DNA of 63,628 nt, the filler included, from Octopus bimaculoides (Eukaryota), in assembly GCF_001194135.2 (NCBI RefSeq). It is 7 parts of 7 records of this genome, joined end to end, with 100 filler letters (N's around TTAATTAATTAA, not from the genome) between each part and the next. Parts side by side here need not be neighbours in the genome. Positions count along the whole stretch, not along the records: positions 35,503 to 51,593 come from NC_068981.1; positions 51,694 to 60,113 come from NC_069000.1; 5 more parts are not named here. One strand, 5' to 3'. Shown here piece by piece: positions 41,272 to 52,263 of the stretch. The notes under the pieces were generated by a model. That model saw only the letters and a program-made list of their open reading frames with translations, was not told the origin of the DNA and ran no database searches. The position numbers and the translations under genes are program-made. Position 1 is the first letter of the stretch; each line of letters begins with the position of its first letter.

Positions 41272-41473
41272 GTGACAAAAGGCCAGCAACTTGTGTGGGA
41301 AGAGTAGGTCGATTATATCAACCCCAGTGCTCAACTGGTACTTATTTTATCAACCCTGACAGGATGAAAGACAAAGGTAACCTCAGCAGAATTTGAACTC
41401 AGAACATCAAGACAGACAAAATGCTTAGCAGCATTTTGCCCAATGAGGTAACAATTCTACCAGCTTGCTGCCT
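41272..41473 (-). mobile_element. SINE family A copy
   Basis: Aligns with the 3550 copy. Confidence 0.85.
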
Positions 41474-41809
41474 TATTTCAATACTGTTATAAGCATTCTT
41501 TTATTCTTTTATTTGTTTCAGCTGTGGTCATGCTGGAGCACCACCATGAAGTTATTTTGCACACCACTTCACTACTAGCTTTATCTTCTTTCTAACTACT
41601 CCCATCCACCCTTTAATTATTGTAAGGTAGCCATGTATGTCCACTACAGCAAGGCACCTGTACTTGTCTCTCAATCATACTTCAGCCTTTCAGTACCTGG
41701 AATAAAATCATCACCCCTTTTCAAATATTCCCCCACCAACACTTAGTTGTGAGGGGTTTTTTTGCCTTTTCCCCCTCGTTCTTTTTCTGTCTTGCTTCTT
41801 ATTTGGCAA

Positions 41810-41993
41810 CCACATTAATGCTGATGGCATAAAAATATAGCACCCAGTACACACGGTGAAGTGGTGGGCATCAGGAAGAGCATCCTGCAGTAGAAACCAT
41901 GCCAAAGTTGACATTGGAGCTCAGCACAGCCTCATAGCTTGCTGGATGCTATAAAACCATCCGACCCTTACCAGCATGGAAAATGGATGCTAA

Positions 41994-42027
<34 letters not shown>

Positions 42028-42038
42028 CGATGATGATG
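41810..42038 (+). mobile_element. SINE family C 3' part with (GAT)n tail
   Basis: gtggtgggcatcaggaagagcatcc...gcatggaaaatggatgctaaatgatgatg. Confidence 0.75.
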
Positions 42039-42257
42039 NNNNNNNNNNNNNNNNNNNNNNNNNNNNNNNNNNNNNNNNNNNNNNNNNNNNNNNNNNNNNN
42101 NNNNNNNNNNNNNNNNNNNNNNNNAGGAGGAGGAGGAGGAGGATGGTGATGATGCTAATGATGATGATGTCTTTATCCTTTAATAGTAAAGTTATTAAAA
42201 ATTACATTTTCTAGAAGAAAACGACAACAGCAACAATAATACCAATAATAATTCTAT

Positions 42258-42400
42258 CTAATTTTGGCACAAGGCCAGCAGTTTTGAGGTGGGGGCAAGA
42301 CAGGTTGATTATATCGACTTCCAGCATAATTTGAACTCAGAACATAATGAGCCAGAAGAAATGTGACTAAGCATTTTGTCCTGTGCAGTAATGTTTTTAC
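42258..42400 (-). mobile_element. SINE family A copy, internally deleted
   Basis: ggcacaaggccagcagtttt ... aatttgaactcagaac. Confidence 0.65.
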
Positions 42401-42486
42401 AGTGTGGACTGGGTGCTTTTAAGTAGCACTTGCACTGACAGGGTCAATACTTGCAAGACAAATAAATAAATAAANNNNNNNNNNAC

Positions 42487-42521
<35 letters not shown>

Positions 42522-42594
42522 TACATATGTATATATAAACATATATACCCACATACACACACATACGCATATATATATAGATAGACAGATATAT

Positions 42595-42750
42595 GATGGG
42601 CTTCTTTTGGTTTCCATCTCGCAAATCCACATATAAGGTTTTGTTCGGCCTCAAACTATAGTAGAGACACATGCCCAAGGAACTTTTCAGCATAACTGAA
42701 CCCAAGAACACATGGTTGGAAATCAAGCTTCTTAACCACACAACCATGCC
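42595..42750 (-). mobile_element. SINE family B head
   Basis: gggcttcttttggtttcc...ttaaccacacaaccatgcc. Confidence 0.7.
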
Positions 42751-43208
42751 CTACAAAGGTCAGAATTGAGCTCCAGACTCATGAGGGCCCCCTAGAGCCA
42801 TGAAGGCCTCTAGACTTGTCGGAGCTTGTATGCCTCTACCTTAAGATAGGTAAACACCTACTTATAAGACTGAATATAGGCACTGCCTATACTCATTCCA
42901 TTATCTCAATTCATACCAAGGTAACCAATGCCAATAGGAAATGCAGTGTATTAGTGGTAATGGAAAATGAACCAGCGACAGTTTGGTTCAGAATCCTGCC
43001 TATTAGTACTATCCATTTCTTAATAGAGGTGACTCATACAATGATAATATCTATTCAAAACAACAGAACAAAATATACAAAAATAGATTTATATATTTTC
43101 ACTGTCTCTCATTTCGAGACAAACAATTGTATACTTTCTGACTCTAATGATATGTTCTTTTTTAATTTTCTTTTTGTATTAAAAGCCATTCAAGTCACCT
43201 GATAAACA

Positions 43209-43262
<54 letters not shown>

Positions 43263-43265
<3 letters not shown>

Positions 43266-43482
43266 GGTGGCAAGATGACAGAATCATTACTATACTGAAC
43301 AAAATGCTTTGCAGCCTTTATTCTGGCTTTACAATATGAGTTCAAATGTCTTTGAGATCAACTTTGTTTTTCATCCCTTTGAGGATGGTAAAATAAGTAC
43401 GAGTCCAGCACTGGGTTCCATGTAGTTGACTTGTCCCTCTTTGCTGGAATTGCTGGCCTTGTGCCAAAATCTGAAACTAACT
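43263..43482 (+). mobile_element. SINE family A copy between (ATT)n tracts
   Basis: Degenerate but colinear with the 3550 copy. Confidence 0.75.
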
Positions 43483-43489
43483 ATTATTA

Positions 43490-43790
43490 TTATTATCATT
43501 GCTTTTGCACAGCTTCTAATGCTGGAGATGTACTACAGTGTCAGCTGTTCACTACCAGTGAACTAAGGTAACACCTTTTATTTTTCAAGCACCTTCCAGA
43601 GTATTCGAGCGGTTCTAAGCAGTGCTGTTTTCTGCAAGTGCTCCACCCTTATTGCAGCCCCTATTTGTTCCACGTACTTCTCAAGATTTTTGCTCACTGT
43701 TCCCAGGGCTCTGACAATTATTGGTACTACTGCTACCTTTTTCATCGACCACAGCTGCTTAACTTCCCAAGCTAACCTGTCACATCTCTC
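43490..43790 (-). mobile_element. R4/Dong-clade retrotransposon 3' end
   Basis: WEVKQLWSMKKVAVVPIIVRALGTVSKNLEKYVEQIG...LQKTALLRTARILWKVLEK* (stop 43578-43580), short 3' UTR, TAA tail. Confidence 0.88.
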
Positions 43791-43857
43791 GACTTTTCTT
43801 TCTTTCTTTCTTCTTCTTCTTCTTATTCTTCTTATTCTTCTTATTATTATTATTATT

Positions 43858-44015
43858 AAGTGAGAGAGCAGTGGATGTCGTCAAAGTGACCCTGAGGTAA
43901 AATATACAAAGCCCAGTATACCCATCAGGACTACCCATCAGACAAGGGTACACCAGGCACATGCATTACAACCATATGTGCACAACATGGTGATCTCATA
44001 TCAAGATTAACAGCA
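43858..44015 (-). mobile_element. element X, 3' end with (AAT)n tail
   Basis: Overlaps 44760-44865 in sequence; ends CTCTCTCACTT(AAT)n on the minus strand. Confidence 0.75.
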
Positions 44016-44018
44016 CAT

Positions 44019-44311
44019 ATCTCAAGAACCACTGATTGAATTTGGATGAAACTTTCAGGGATGTTTGACCTCGTGACTGACATGGTCTCGTTAGATTTTG
44101 ATATTAATCTGGTACTGGACAGAATTCTGGTTTATTTTTCCTGTTTTTTTTTACTTAATTTTTGAGAGCTGTCAGGTTCATTTTTAGTATTCTTGTTTGT
44201 GAGAGCAGTCGCATTTCTTTCAGATATTCACATTTTAAAAACCATCTCTGGCTAATCGTTGAGAGGACGTTGGTGTTGTCTTGGCAGAGGTTTGTGCTGA
44301 GTGCTCTTGTT
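44019..44311 (+). mobile_element. non-autonomous DNA element, probably Helentron/HINE-like
   Basis: atctcaagaaccactgattgaatttggatgaaactttcaggg and the end ggcagaggtttgtgctgagtgctcttgtt resemble HINE-type motifs as I recall them. Confidence 0.45.
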
Positions 44312-44351
44312 ATTATTATTATTATCATTATTATCATTATTATTATTATTA

Positions 44352-44570
44352 TTTAAGACATCGAACAGTACCCAATATTCTGATGTTGCAGATTGAAGAT
44401 ATTGTGTGAACTAGGGGCTTGTACTGTCTGTCAAGTCACAACAAGGACCTCAGACAGACAGTACTCTATGCACTATGCATATAGTTTCAAGTACAACCAG
44501 TTTTTGCAACACATCAAGATTATATGGTAATTCTAAAGTGCGCAGATGTTTCTTCAGGTTGGGTGGTATT
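44352..44570 (-). mobile_element. third R4/Dong-type 3' end (distinct subfamily)
   Basis: IPPNLKKHLRTLELPYNLDVLQKLVVLETICIVHRVLSV* (stop 44450-44452); TAA tracts on both sides. Confidence 0.75.
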
Positions 44571-44585
44571 ATTATTATTATTATT

Positions 44586-44760
44586 TAAGGCGATGAGCTG
44601 GCAGAACCATTAACACACTGGGCGAAATGCTTAGCAGTATTTCGTCCATCTTTAAGTTCTGAGTTCAAATTCCTCTGAGGTTGACTTTGCCTTACATCCT
44701 TTGGGTGGGGAGGGTCGATAAATTAAGTACCAGTGAAACACTGGGGTCGATGTGATCAAC
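44586..44760 (+). mobile_element. SINE family A copy, 3' end fused to element X
   Basis: Head and body intact; stops at gtcgatgtgatcaac. Confidence 0.85.
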
Positions 44761-45216
44761 CAGTATACCCATCATGACTACCCGTCTGATAAGGGTACAC
44801 CAGGCACATGCAATCACAACCATATGTGCGCGACATGGTGATCTCATATCAAGATAAACAGCGGTCATACCTCGCAGGTGGGGCCCAGTTAGAATTTTCT
44901 TCAGGTCGAGTAGCCCATCCCGCTCAAAAGGTCCCTGAATAAAGTTTGTTTAAGGATGTTGAGCAAAACACCCATGTTTCCAAAGGTGAATTATTCAAAC
45001 CCCAAAGAATTCCTCTCAACACATGGCTATGATGCTCCCCAACTACTTCTGCTCATGATCAGAGACGCACATATCATCAGCCACCAAGGGACAATCTCAA
45101 CTGGTTAAGGTGAAACAAGTGACAAGCAAATCTGTGGTATTAAGCAGAATATTTGCTGTAGCCCATCTTTTATACCAAGACAAGACAATGTACATGATAA
45201 CACTTCCAATCAGTTA
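44760..45216 (-). mobile_element. element X, long copy
   Basis: Bridges the 16134 and 43858 copies; 5' side joined to (AAT)n at 45216-45302. Confidence 0.8.
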
Positions 45217-45217
45217 A

Positions 45218-45302
<85 letters not shown>

Positions 45303-45303
<1 letters not shown>

Positions 45304-45450
45304 ATGATGGCTTCTTTCAGTTTGATTCTACAAAATTTATTTCACAAAGCTTTGGTCAGCCCAAGGCTATAGTAGAAGACACTTTCCCAAGGTGTCATTC
45401 AGTGGGACTGAACTCAAATCTTCATGGTTAGGAAGCATGTTTCCTAATCC
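45303..45450 (-). mobile_element. SINE family B head
   Basis: ggcttctttcagttt...agaagacactttcccaagg. Confidence 0.75.
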
Positions 45451-46064
45451 CCCAGCCTTAACATCTGCAATTTATTCCCTACAGGAAAGACATTGGCAAG
45501 GTGGGAGCCAAATGCTTCCAGTTGAGTGAACACCACTGAGGACAGCCACTGACTAGATGATGAGGTGGCATTAAACTGAGAGATATGCACTCAGCCATTT
45601 TCCTCTCCACCAGTATTCACCTCCTGTTATGGTAGTAGTTGTTACTGCTATTAAATAACAACCTTGTCATATATGATCGAAATATCCTGTTGCATAGGTT
45701 TAATCAATACTAGGCTTAACCTGTTACAACTCAAGTTTCAAACATATGACAGGAAAATTACTATCCTTAAGCAAGATAATTAGCTCCTACATATTGCTTC
45801 AGCTGGCTCACTAACCTCCTTCAAAAATATAAGTACACATCTGCATTGATAAGTGCTCTCACCTATAATAATGAGCTTATTGTGTACAGTACTTATTGAG
45901 TACAGTACTTATTGAGTACAACAACAGATCAGAAAAGAGTAAAATATGGAGCAGGATGAGGCAATAAGCCAAATAAAGAAAGCTGGCAATGATGCTGAAA
46001 AGTGAAAGCATAACAGATGGGATAAAACAAATTAAGACAAATATATGATCAGTGAAAGATCTAT

Positions 46065-46468
46065 TACTCTTTTACTCTTTTACTTGTTTCAGTTATTTGA
46101 CTGCAGCCATGCTGGAGCACTGCCTTTAGTCAAGAAAATCGACACCAGGACTTATTCTTTGTAAGCCTAGTACTTATTCTGTCGATCTCTTTTTGCCGAA
46201 CTGCTAAGTTACGGGGATGTAAACACACCAGCATCGGTTGTCAGGTGATGGTAGGGGGACAAACACAGACATACAAACACACATACATATATATATACAT
46301 ATATACGACAGGCTTCTTTCAGTTTCCATCTACCAAATCCACTCACAAGGCTTTGGTTGGCCCGAGGCTCTAGTAGAAGACACTTGCCCAAGGTGCCACT
46401 CAGTGGGACTGAACCCGGAACCATGTGGTTGGTAAGCAAGCTACTTACCACAAGCCACTCCTGCACCT
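46065..46468 (-). mobile_element. SINE family B, full length
   Basis: Colinear with 39886-40308. Confidence 0.92.
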
Positions 46469-46669
46469 ATAATTGTCTATCTTATTGAATACATTTACTA
46501 AATTTGATAGGATCCAATGTCGACTATTTTTTTGTTTGTTTGTTTGTCAAGGAATGATATAGAGATTTGAATTAATTCCCTTTAAGAGAGATTAAAAGAA
46601 AAACTGAACTATGTAGTTTTGAAACACAGCATACATACATGCATACATGCATACATACATACATATGTG

Positions 46670-46905
46670 TCATCGTCATTGTTTAACGTCCGTTTTCCAT
46701 GCTGGCATGGGTTGGACGGTTTGACTGAGGTCTGGAAAGCCAGCAGCTGCACCAGGCTCCAATCTAATCTGGCAATGTTTCTACAGCTGGGTACCCTTCC
46801 TAACGCCAACCACTCCAAGAGTGTAGTGGGTGCTTTTTACATACCACCAGCACAGGAGCCAGCTAGGTGGGCCTGGCATCGATCACATTCGGATAGTGCT
46901 TTTTA
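46670..46905 (-). mobile_element. SINE family C 3' half
   Basis: catcgtcattgtttaacgtccgttttccatgc...ccttcctaacgccaaccac. Confidence 0.85.
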
Positions 46906-47600
46906 CATGCTGGTTCATGGCTTAGTGGTTAGAGTGCTGGACTTATGATTATAAGATTGTGGTTTTGATTCCTAGACCAAACGACACACCACCAGTGTTA
47001 TCCAAGGGAAAGGCAAAGGTGCTGATACAGCTTGGCACCTGTGACATCACAACTCATTTCTACAGCTGAGTGAACTGGAGCAACGTGAAATAAAGTGTCT
47101 TGCTCAAGAACACAACATGCAGCCCAGTCCGGGTATCGAACTCACAACCTCACGTTCGTAAGCTCGACGATCTGATCATTCTATTTTGTAACTTTCTAGG
47201 TGCCATCGCATGGTCATTCATGTCCGAAGGGGGTCTCCTCCTCCTCCTCCATATGATGACTGTTCCAGCTGATCCGACCAATGGAACTGCCTGCTCATGA
47301 AATTAACATGCAAGTGGCTGAGCACTCCACAGACACGCACACCCTTAACATAATTCTCAGGGTGATTCAAAATGACACAGAATGGGACAAGGCTGGCCCT
47401 TTGAAATACAGGTAATACTCATTTTTGCCAGCAATGTAAAATTAAGTGTCTTGCTCAAGGACGTAACACATTGCTGAGTATTTGGCTCACGATCATAAGG
47501 TCGTGAAACAAAATGTCTTGCTCAAGGACATAACACATTGCCAGAAATTGAACTCTTGACCTTATGATCGTGACCCAAATACCTAAACCACTAAGCCACA
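46905..47600. mobile_element. cluster of SINE D/F pieces (a + head, then - strand F body, D body and duplicated F head)
   Basis: Matches to 1693-2060 and 39545-39850. Confidence 0.75.
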
Positions 47601-47922
47601 CCCTTCAGGACTAAATGACCACAAACATAACTGTAACCTTTTAATTATGTTATCCAGTGTAGTGGCATCTATCTGCTGGTAGATGAACTGGGCCAGATGA
47701 TGTCAAGTGCTTTTGTTGCCATGAACCCCATGCAGTACTGGTGATTGAACTACTGATCTCTTGGTGTCCAGTTGAATCATCCACTCTATCTGTTCAAATT
47801 AAACAAATCTCACCTAGTGAATCTTGTCATCCGCTATAGGAGAGGCCAAAAAGAAAGCTATATGGCAATCCTCTTCGGACTAACTGCTAATTATTCTCTC
47901 TCTTTTCTTTTTATGAATAAAG

Positions 47923-48480
47923 TCACCGGTATGGTTTTGTGGGGTAAGTAGGTTGCTTGCCAGCCATGTGGTTTCAGGCTTATTTGTAACTGTGTGGCCC
48001 TTGAGCAAGTGTCTTCTTCTATAACCCTGGGCTGACCAAAGCCTTGTGAATGAACTTGGTAGAAGGAAACTGAAAGAGGCATGTGTGTGTGTCTGTGTTT
48101 GTGTATGTGTGTGCATATGAGCATGTGTGCATGTGAGTGTGTGTGTGCATGCGTGTGCGTGTATGTGCATGTGAGCATGTGTGCATGTGAGCATGTGTGC
48201 ATGTGTGTGTGTGTGTGCGTGCGTGTGTGTGCGCGTGAGTGTGTGTTCCTTTATCATGACATTGTGAGATAGTTGTAAATGTGGGCCACTGTCATACAAA
48301 CTACGTCCTTCATTTCTAATGGTTTCCATAAAAAACATGTCTGTCTAGCCATGGGAAAACATCACTTTGCTTGGAAACTGGTAGGATTGCAATAGACAGG
48401 GTAACCAGCCGAAGAAAATCTGCCTCAGTGAATTCTATCTGATTCATGCAAGCGTGGAAAATTGAATACTAAAACCATGC
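47923..48480 (+). mobile_element. SINE with family B head and alternative (C-type) 3' half
   Basis: B head, (TG)n middle, then ttgtgagatagttgtaaatg ... gcaagcgtggaaaattgaatactaaaac. Confidence 0.7.
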
Positions 48481-48546
48481 AGCTGCTACTGCTGCTGCTG
48501 CTGCTACTGCTGCCGCTGAAGAAGAAGAAGAAGACTAGCCGCTTCA

Positions 48547-48767
48547 CCCTGTAGCATTTTAAACTGGCCATATCTGGTCAAAATATGCCTCTTGTTCTAA
48601 GTTCAAACAAGCCAGGTCTATCCTCTGACAATTACCCTACAATCACATCATAAAAATAGACAATAACATTATCGAAATCTCAAAGCGATTAGACAATACA
48701 TGACTTATTCAAAACAATATGAATAAATAAGCTTTACGCTTAGCAGAGTAATTCGAACACTAAAGGG
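48547..48767. mobile_element. piggyBac-like MITE family 1, second copy
   Basis: TTCA|CCCTGTAGC ... CACTAAAGGG|TTAA; colinear with 34660-34879. Confidence 0.7.
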
Positions 48768-49207
48768 TTAAACACACGTCTTTCTGTTTTTTGAATTGGA
48801 AGCATATTTTGATAGTGTCTATCGTTGATGTCTGTATATATGACGTATTTTACAAGTAAACAGGTAACCTAGCACAGCCTGTTGCATGACGGGAATATGT
48901 AGTGTTAACTGATCCAGAAACGTTTGAGTTTTGCAGACAATGTCACCTGGAAACTACAAGTCAACGAGAGAGCCTCTATGCGGTCAAGTATCTGCTAGAA
49001 GTAGCAGCCAAATCTCCCTTAGTTTATATCCTATCATTAAAATAGGAAGTGAACGTTGGAGAATGTAGTCCTGGGTTTAAAAGAAAAAAAACGGAAAAGG
49101 TGGGATGGTCCTAGCTGGGATACCTTTGAGCATAGGTCTGCTTAATCAGGACAGGAAGAAGTTTAACAACAGTAACTTGAGAACCTGTGGAAAGAGAAAG
49201 AACGAGG

Positions 49208-49283
<76 letters not shown>

Positions 49284-49554
49284 NNNNNNNNNNNNNNNNN
49301 NNNNNNNNNNNNNNNNNNNNNNNNNNNNNNNNNNNNNNNNNNNNNNNNNNNNNNNNNNNNNNNNNNNNNNNNNNNNNNNNNNNNNNNNNNNNNNNNNNNN
49401 NNNNNNNNNNNNNNNNNNNNNNNNNNNNNNNNNNNNNNNNNNNNNNNNNNNNNNNNNNNNNNNNNNNNNNNNNNNNNNNNNNNNNNNNNNNNNNNNNNNN
49501 NNNNNNNNNNNNNNNNNNNNNNNNNNNNNNNNNNNNNNNNNNNNNNNNNNNNNN

Positions 49555-49609
<55 letters not shown>

Positions 49610-50349
49610 GATAGATAGATACAGAGAGATAGAGAGAGGTAAGTAGGTAGGTAGCTAGATAGAGAGAGAGAGAGAGAGAGGGGGGGCGGGCAGACAGACA
49701 AACAGACAGGCAGGTAGGTAGGTAAAACGAGAGAGAGAGAGAGAGAGAGAGTACATTAACAAACTGCAGAAAAATAATCCCGTCTTCTAATACTTTATAG
49801 ATTTTAATGGGTGTAAGCCGTAAGATTGAACTTAGAGTTATAACTTAATTTCAGAAACTTCCAGTGACGGAGAAAGAATTAAATATAACGTCTTAACACT
49901 CCTCACAACAACACAACTTATGAAAACTATCCCTTTGACTTAATCACTGACGCAGTCCATCACCAGTTTCCTTGCATTCCGGATTTTATTTCATAAAATA
50001 CTTAATGTAACCTCTCCCACTGTCTACATCTACACCACAAACACCACCACCATCATCATTTATAACAGCACGCAATTATACATGCTCCAGTGAACATAAC
50101 ATTAGCATACTTCTTTACAAGCTATATGTAGTGACAGCTGAGTGTCTCGCTAAATCCCAGCTGCTATTTCATGCATGTCTGCATGGCAAAAACAGTTTAA
50201 AACTGAAATTCACTGATAGGTATTTTAAACGGTTTTTTTAATCAAAGGAAGACGATTGAACTGGTAACAACATTCAACGTCTCATTCATTGGATAAGAAC
50301 TGTTCGATGCAGTTAAATTTCCATTATTACCAGACCCCCACCTCTACTA

Positions 50350-50359
50350 ACGTTACCAC

Positions 50360-50395
<36 letters not shown>

Positions 50396-50758
50396 TACCA
50401 TTTACCATCGGTTTCGTCATCATCATTGTCATCACCACCACTACGACCATCCTTACCACCACCACCACCACCATCACCACCATCACTATCATCATTGTCA
50501 TTGAAGTTATTGTTTAGACTCAAGTTAGTCATCATTTATTTTCAGAAACAAGTGTCCTTTGCCCTACGTTATCCAGGATGTTGGATGCAGTTAGAAAGAG
50601 ATGTGACAGTTATTTCTAGGAGGCCAAGTGACCACTTAAGGCTGCACTTGTCGTCTGTACCATTCTTCACTGTTGCCATGATGATAGTGATAATGATGAT
50701 AGTAATGTTTGAAGATGATGTCGATGACATCATTTTCATTGTCGTTGTCATCACCATA

Positions 50759-50789
<31 letters not shown>

Positions 50790-50823
50790 TTATCTTCGTC
50801 GCCATCATCATCATCATCATCAT

Positions 50824-50862
<39 letters not shown>

Positions 50863-50865
50863 TTA
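50350..50865. repeat. compound (CAT/CAC)n arrays
   Basis: Direct reading. Confidence 0.9.
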
Positions 50866-51010
50866 TTTATCTAATCTCCTCATCTCTATACTAATTACCC
50901 CCCCCATACACACACCTGTAACGACAACTGCTTCCCTGTACAATGTTGCATTTAGCATTCCTGTCAACAGGTGTATTGGCACATTTGTATGTATGTATGT
51001 ATTTGAATGA

Positions 51011-51051
<41 letters not shown>

Positions 51052-51560
51052 TGTGCAAGTATGTATGAATGTGAGCAGATGTATGTGTATTTGTTTAGGT
51101 ATGTACAAATAAATATATCCAGGTATGTGTGCATATAAGCGTGCAAGTCTATGTATATGAATGCATGCAAGTATGTATGTATGTATGTATGTATGACTAC
51201 GTAGAGTTATGTATGTTTACAGGTGTGTAAGCCGGTGTGTGGTTATGCATGTCTGCAGGAATGCCTGTCTGTCTGTATGCATGTATGTGTGTACATATTT
51301 CATTATGTTGAACCCTTAATCCCTACACATTCTTTTCTCTCTCTGGTTCTTTTTTTTTTTTGCTTCTTTTTTGTTTTGGGGTTTTTTTTCTTTTTTTGAG
51401 ACCACTTGCTAGAGAGGCCATAGGCCAATGGGCTTAGGATCTGAAGAAATGCTATAAAGCAGAGCACTATATGGAAGTGCAACCCAGGGTAATTCCATAG
51501 ACTGGCCTTATCTATCTTTATCTGTTTATCTATCTATCTATCTCACTCTCTCTCTCTCTC

Positions 51561-51593
<33 letters not shown>

Positions 51594-52219
51594 NNNNNNN
51601 NNNNNNNNNNNNNNNNNNNNNNNNNNNNNNNNNNNNNTTAATTAATTAANNNNNNNNNNNNNNNNNNNNNNNNNNNNNNNNNNNNNNNNNNNNCTCTCTC
51701 TCTCTCTCTCTCTCTCCCCCTCACTCTTTTTGTCCTATTATAAAAAACTGTCTGAATATGGTGTCTTCAAAATAAAAATCTGTCCTAATTGCTTGTCTTC
51801 AAAATAAAAACAATTTTACTCTGAATTCTAAAACGTATTGCGTTCTTTTTTTCTCTCACTGCTCTTGGTGCTTGAATTAAAATCGTGGATGCCTCTGTGT
51901 GTGTGTGATATAAACATATGCATATACGTACATGCATATATTCATATACGCATACATTATGTTCGCAAGCAATAGAGTGCCGTTCGTTGAGGGCAGCCAA
52001 GAGCCAAGTAGTTGCGCTGAACCGAGCGATGGATTTTGTCTGCCGCCCAATTATCCTGATGTGTGTGTGTGTGTGTGTGTGTGTAATTGAATTTGCAGAT
52101 TCGTTGCTTATTTTTCCGCTTCACATATTGCCCAGTTGTCCGATCGGTATTCATTTTCAGGTTCGATCGCTCTGTGAAGACAGAAATTACTTGCATTACT
52201 TTTACAATACTTATGCAGC

Positions 52220-52263
<44 letters not shown>

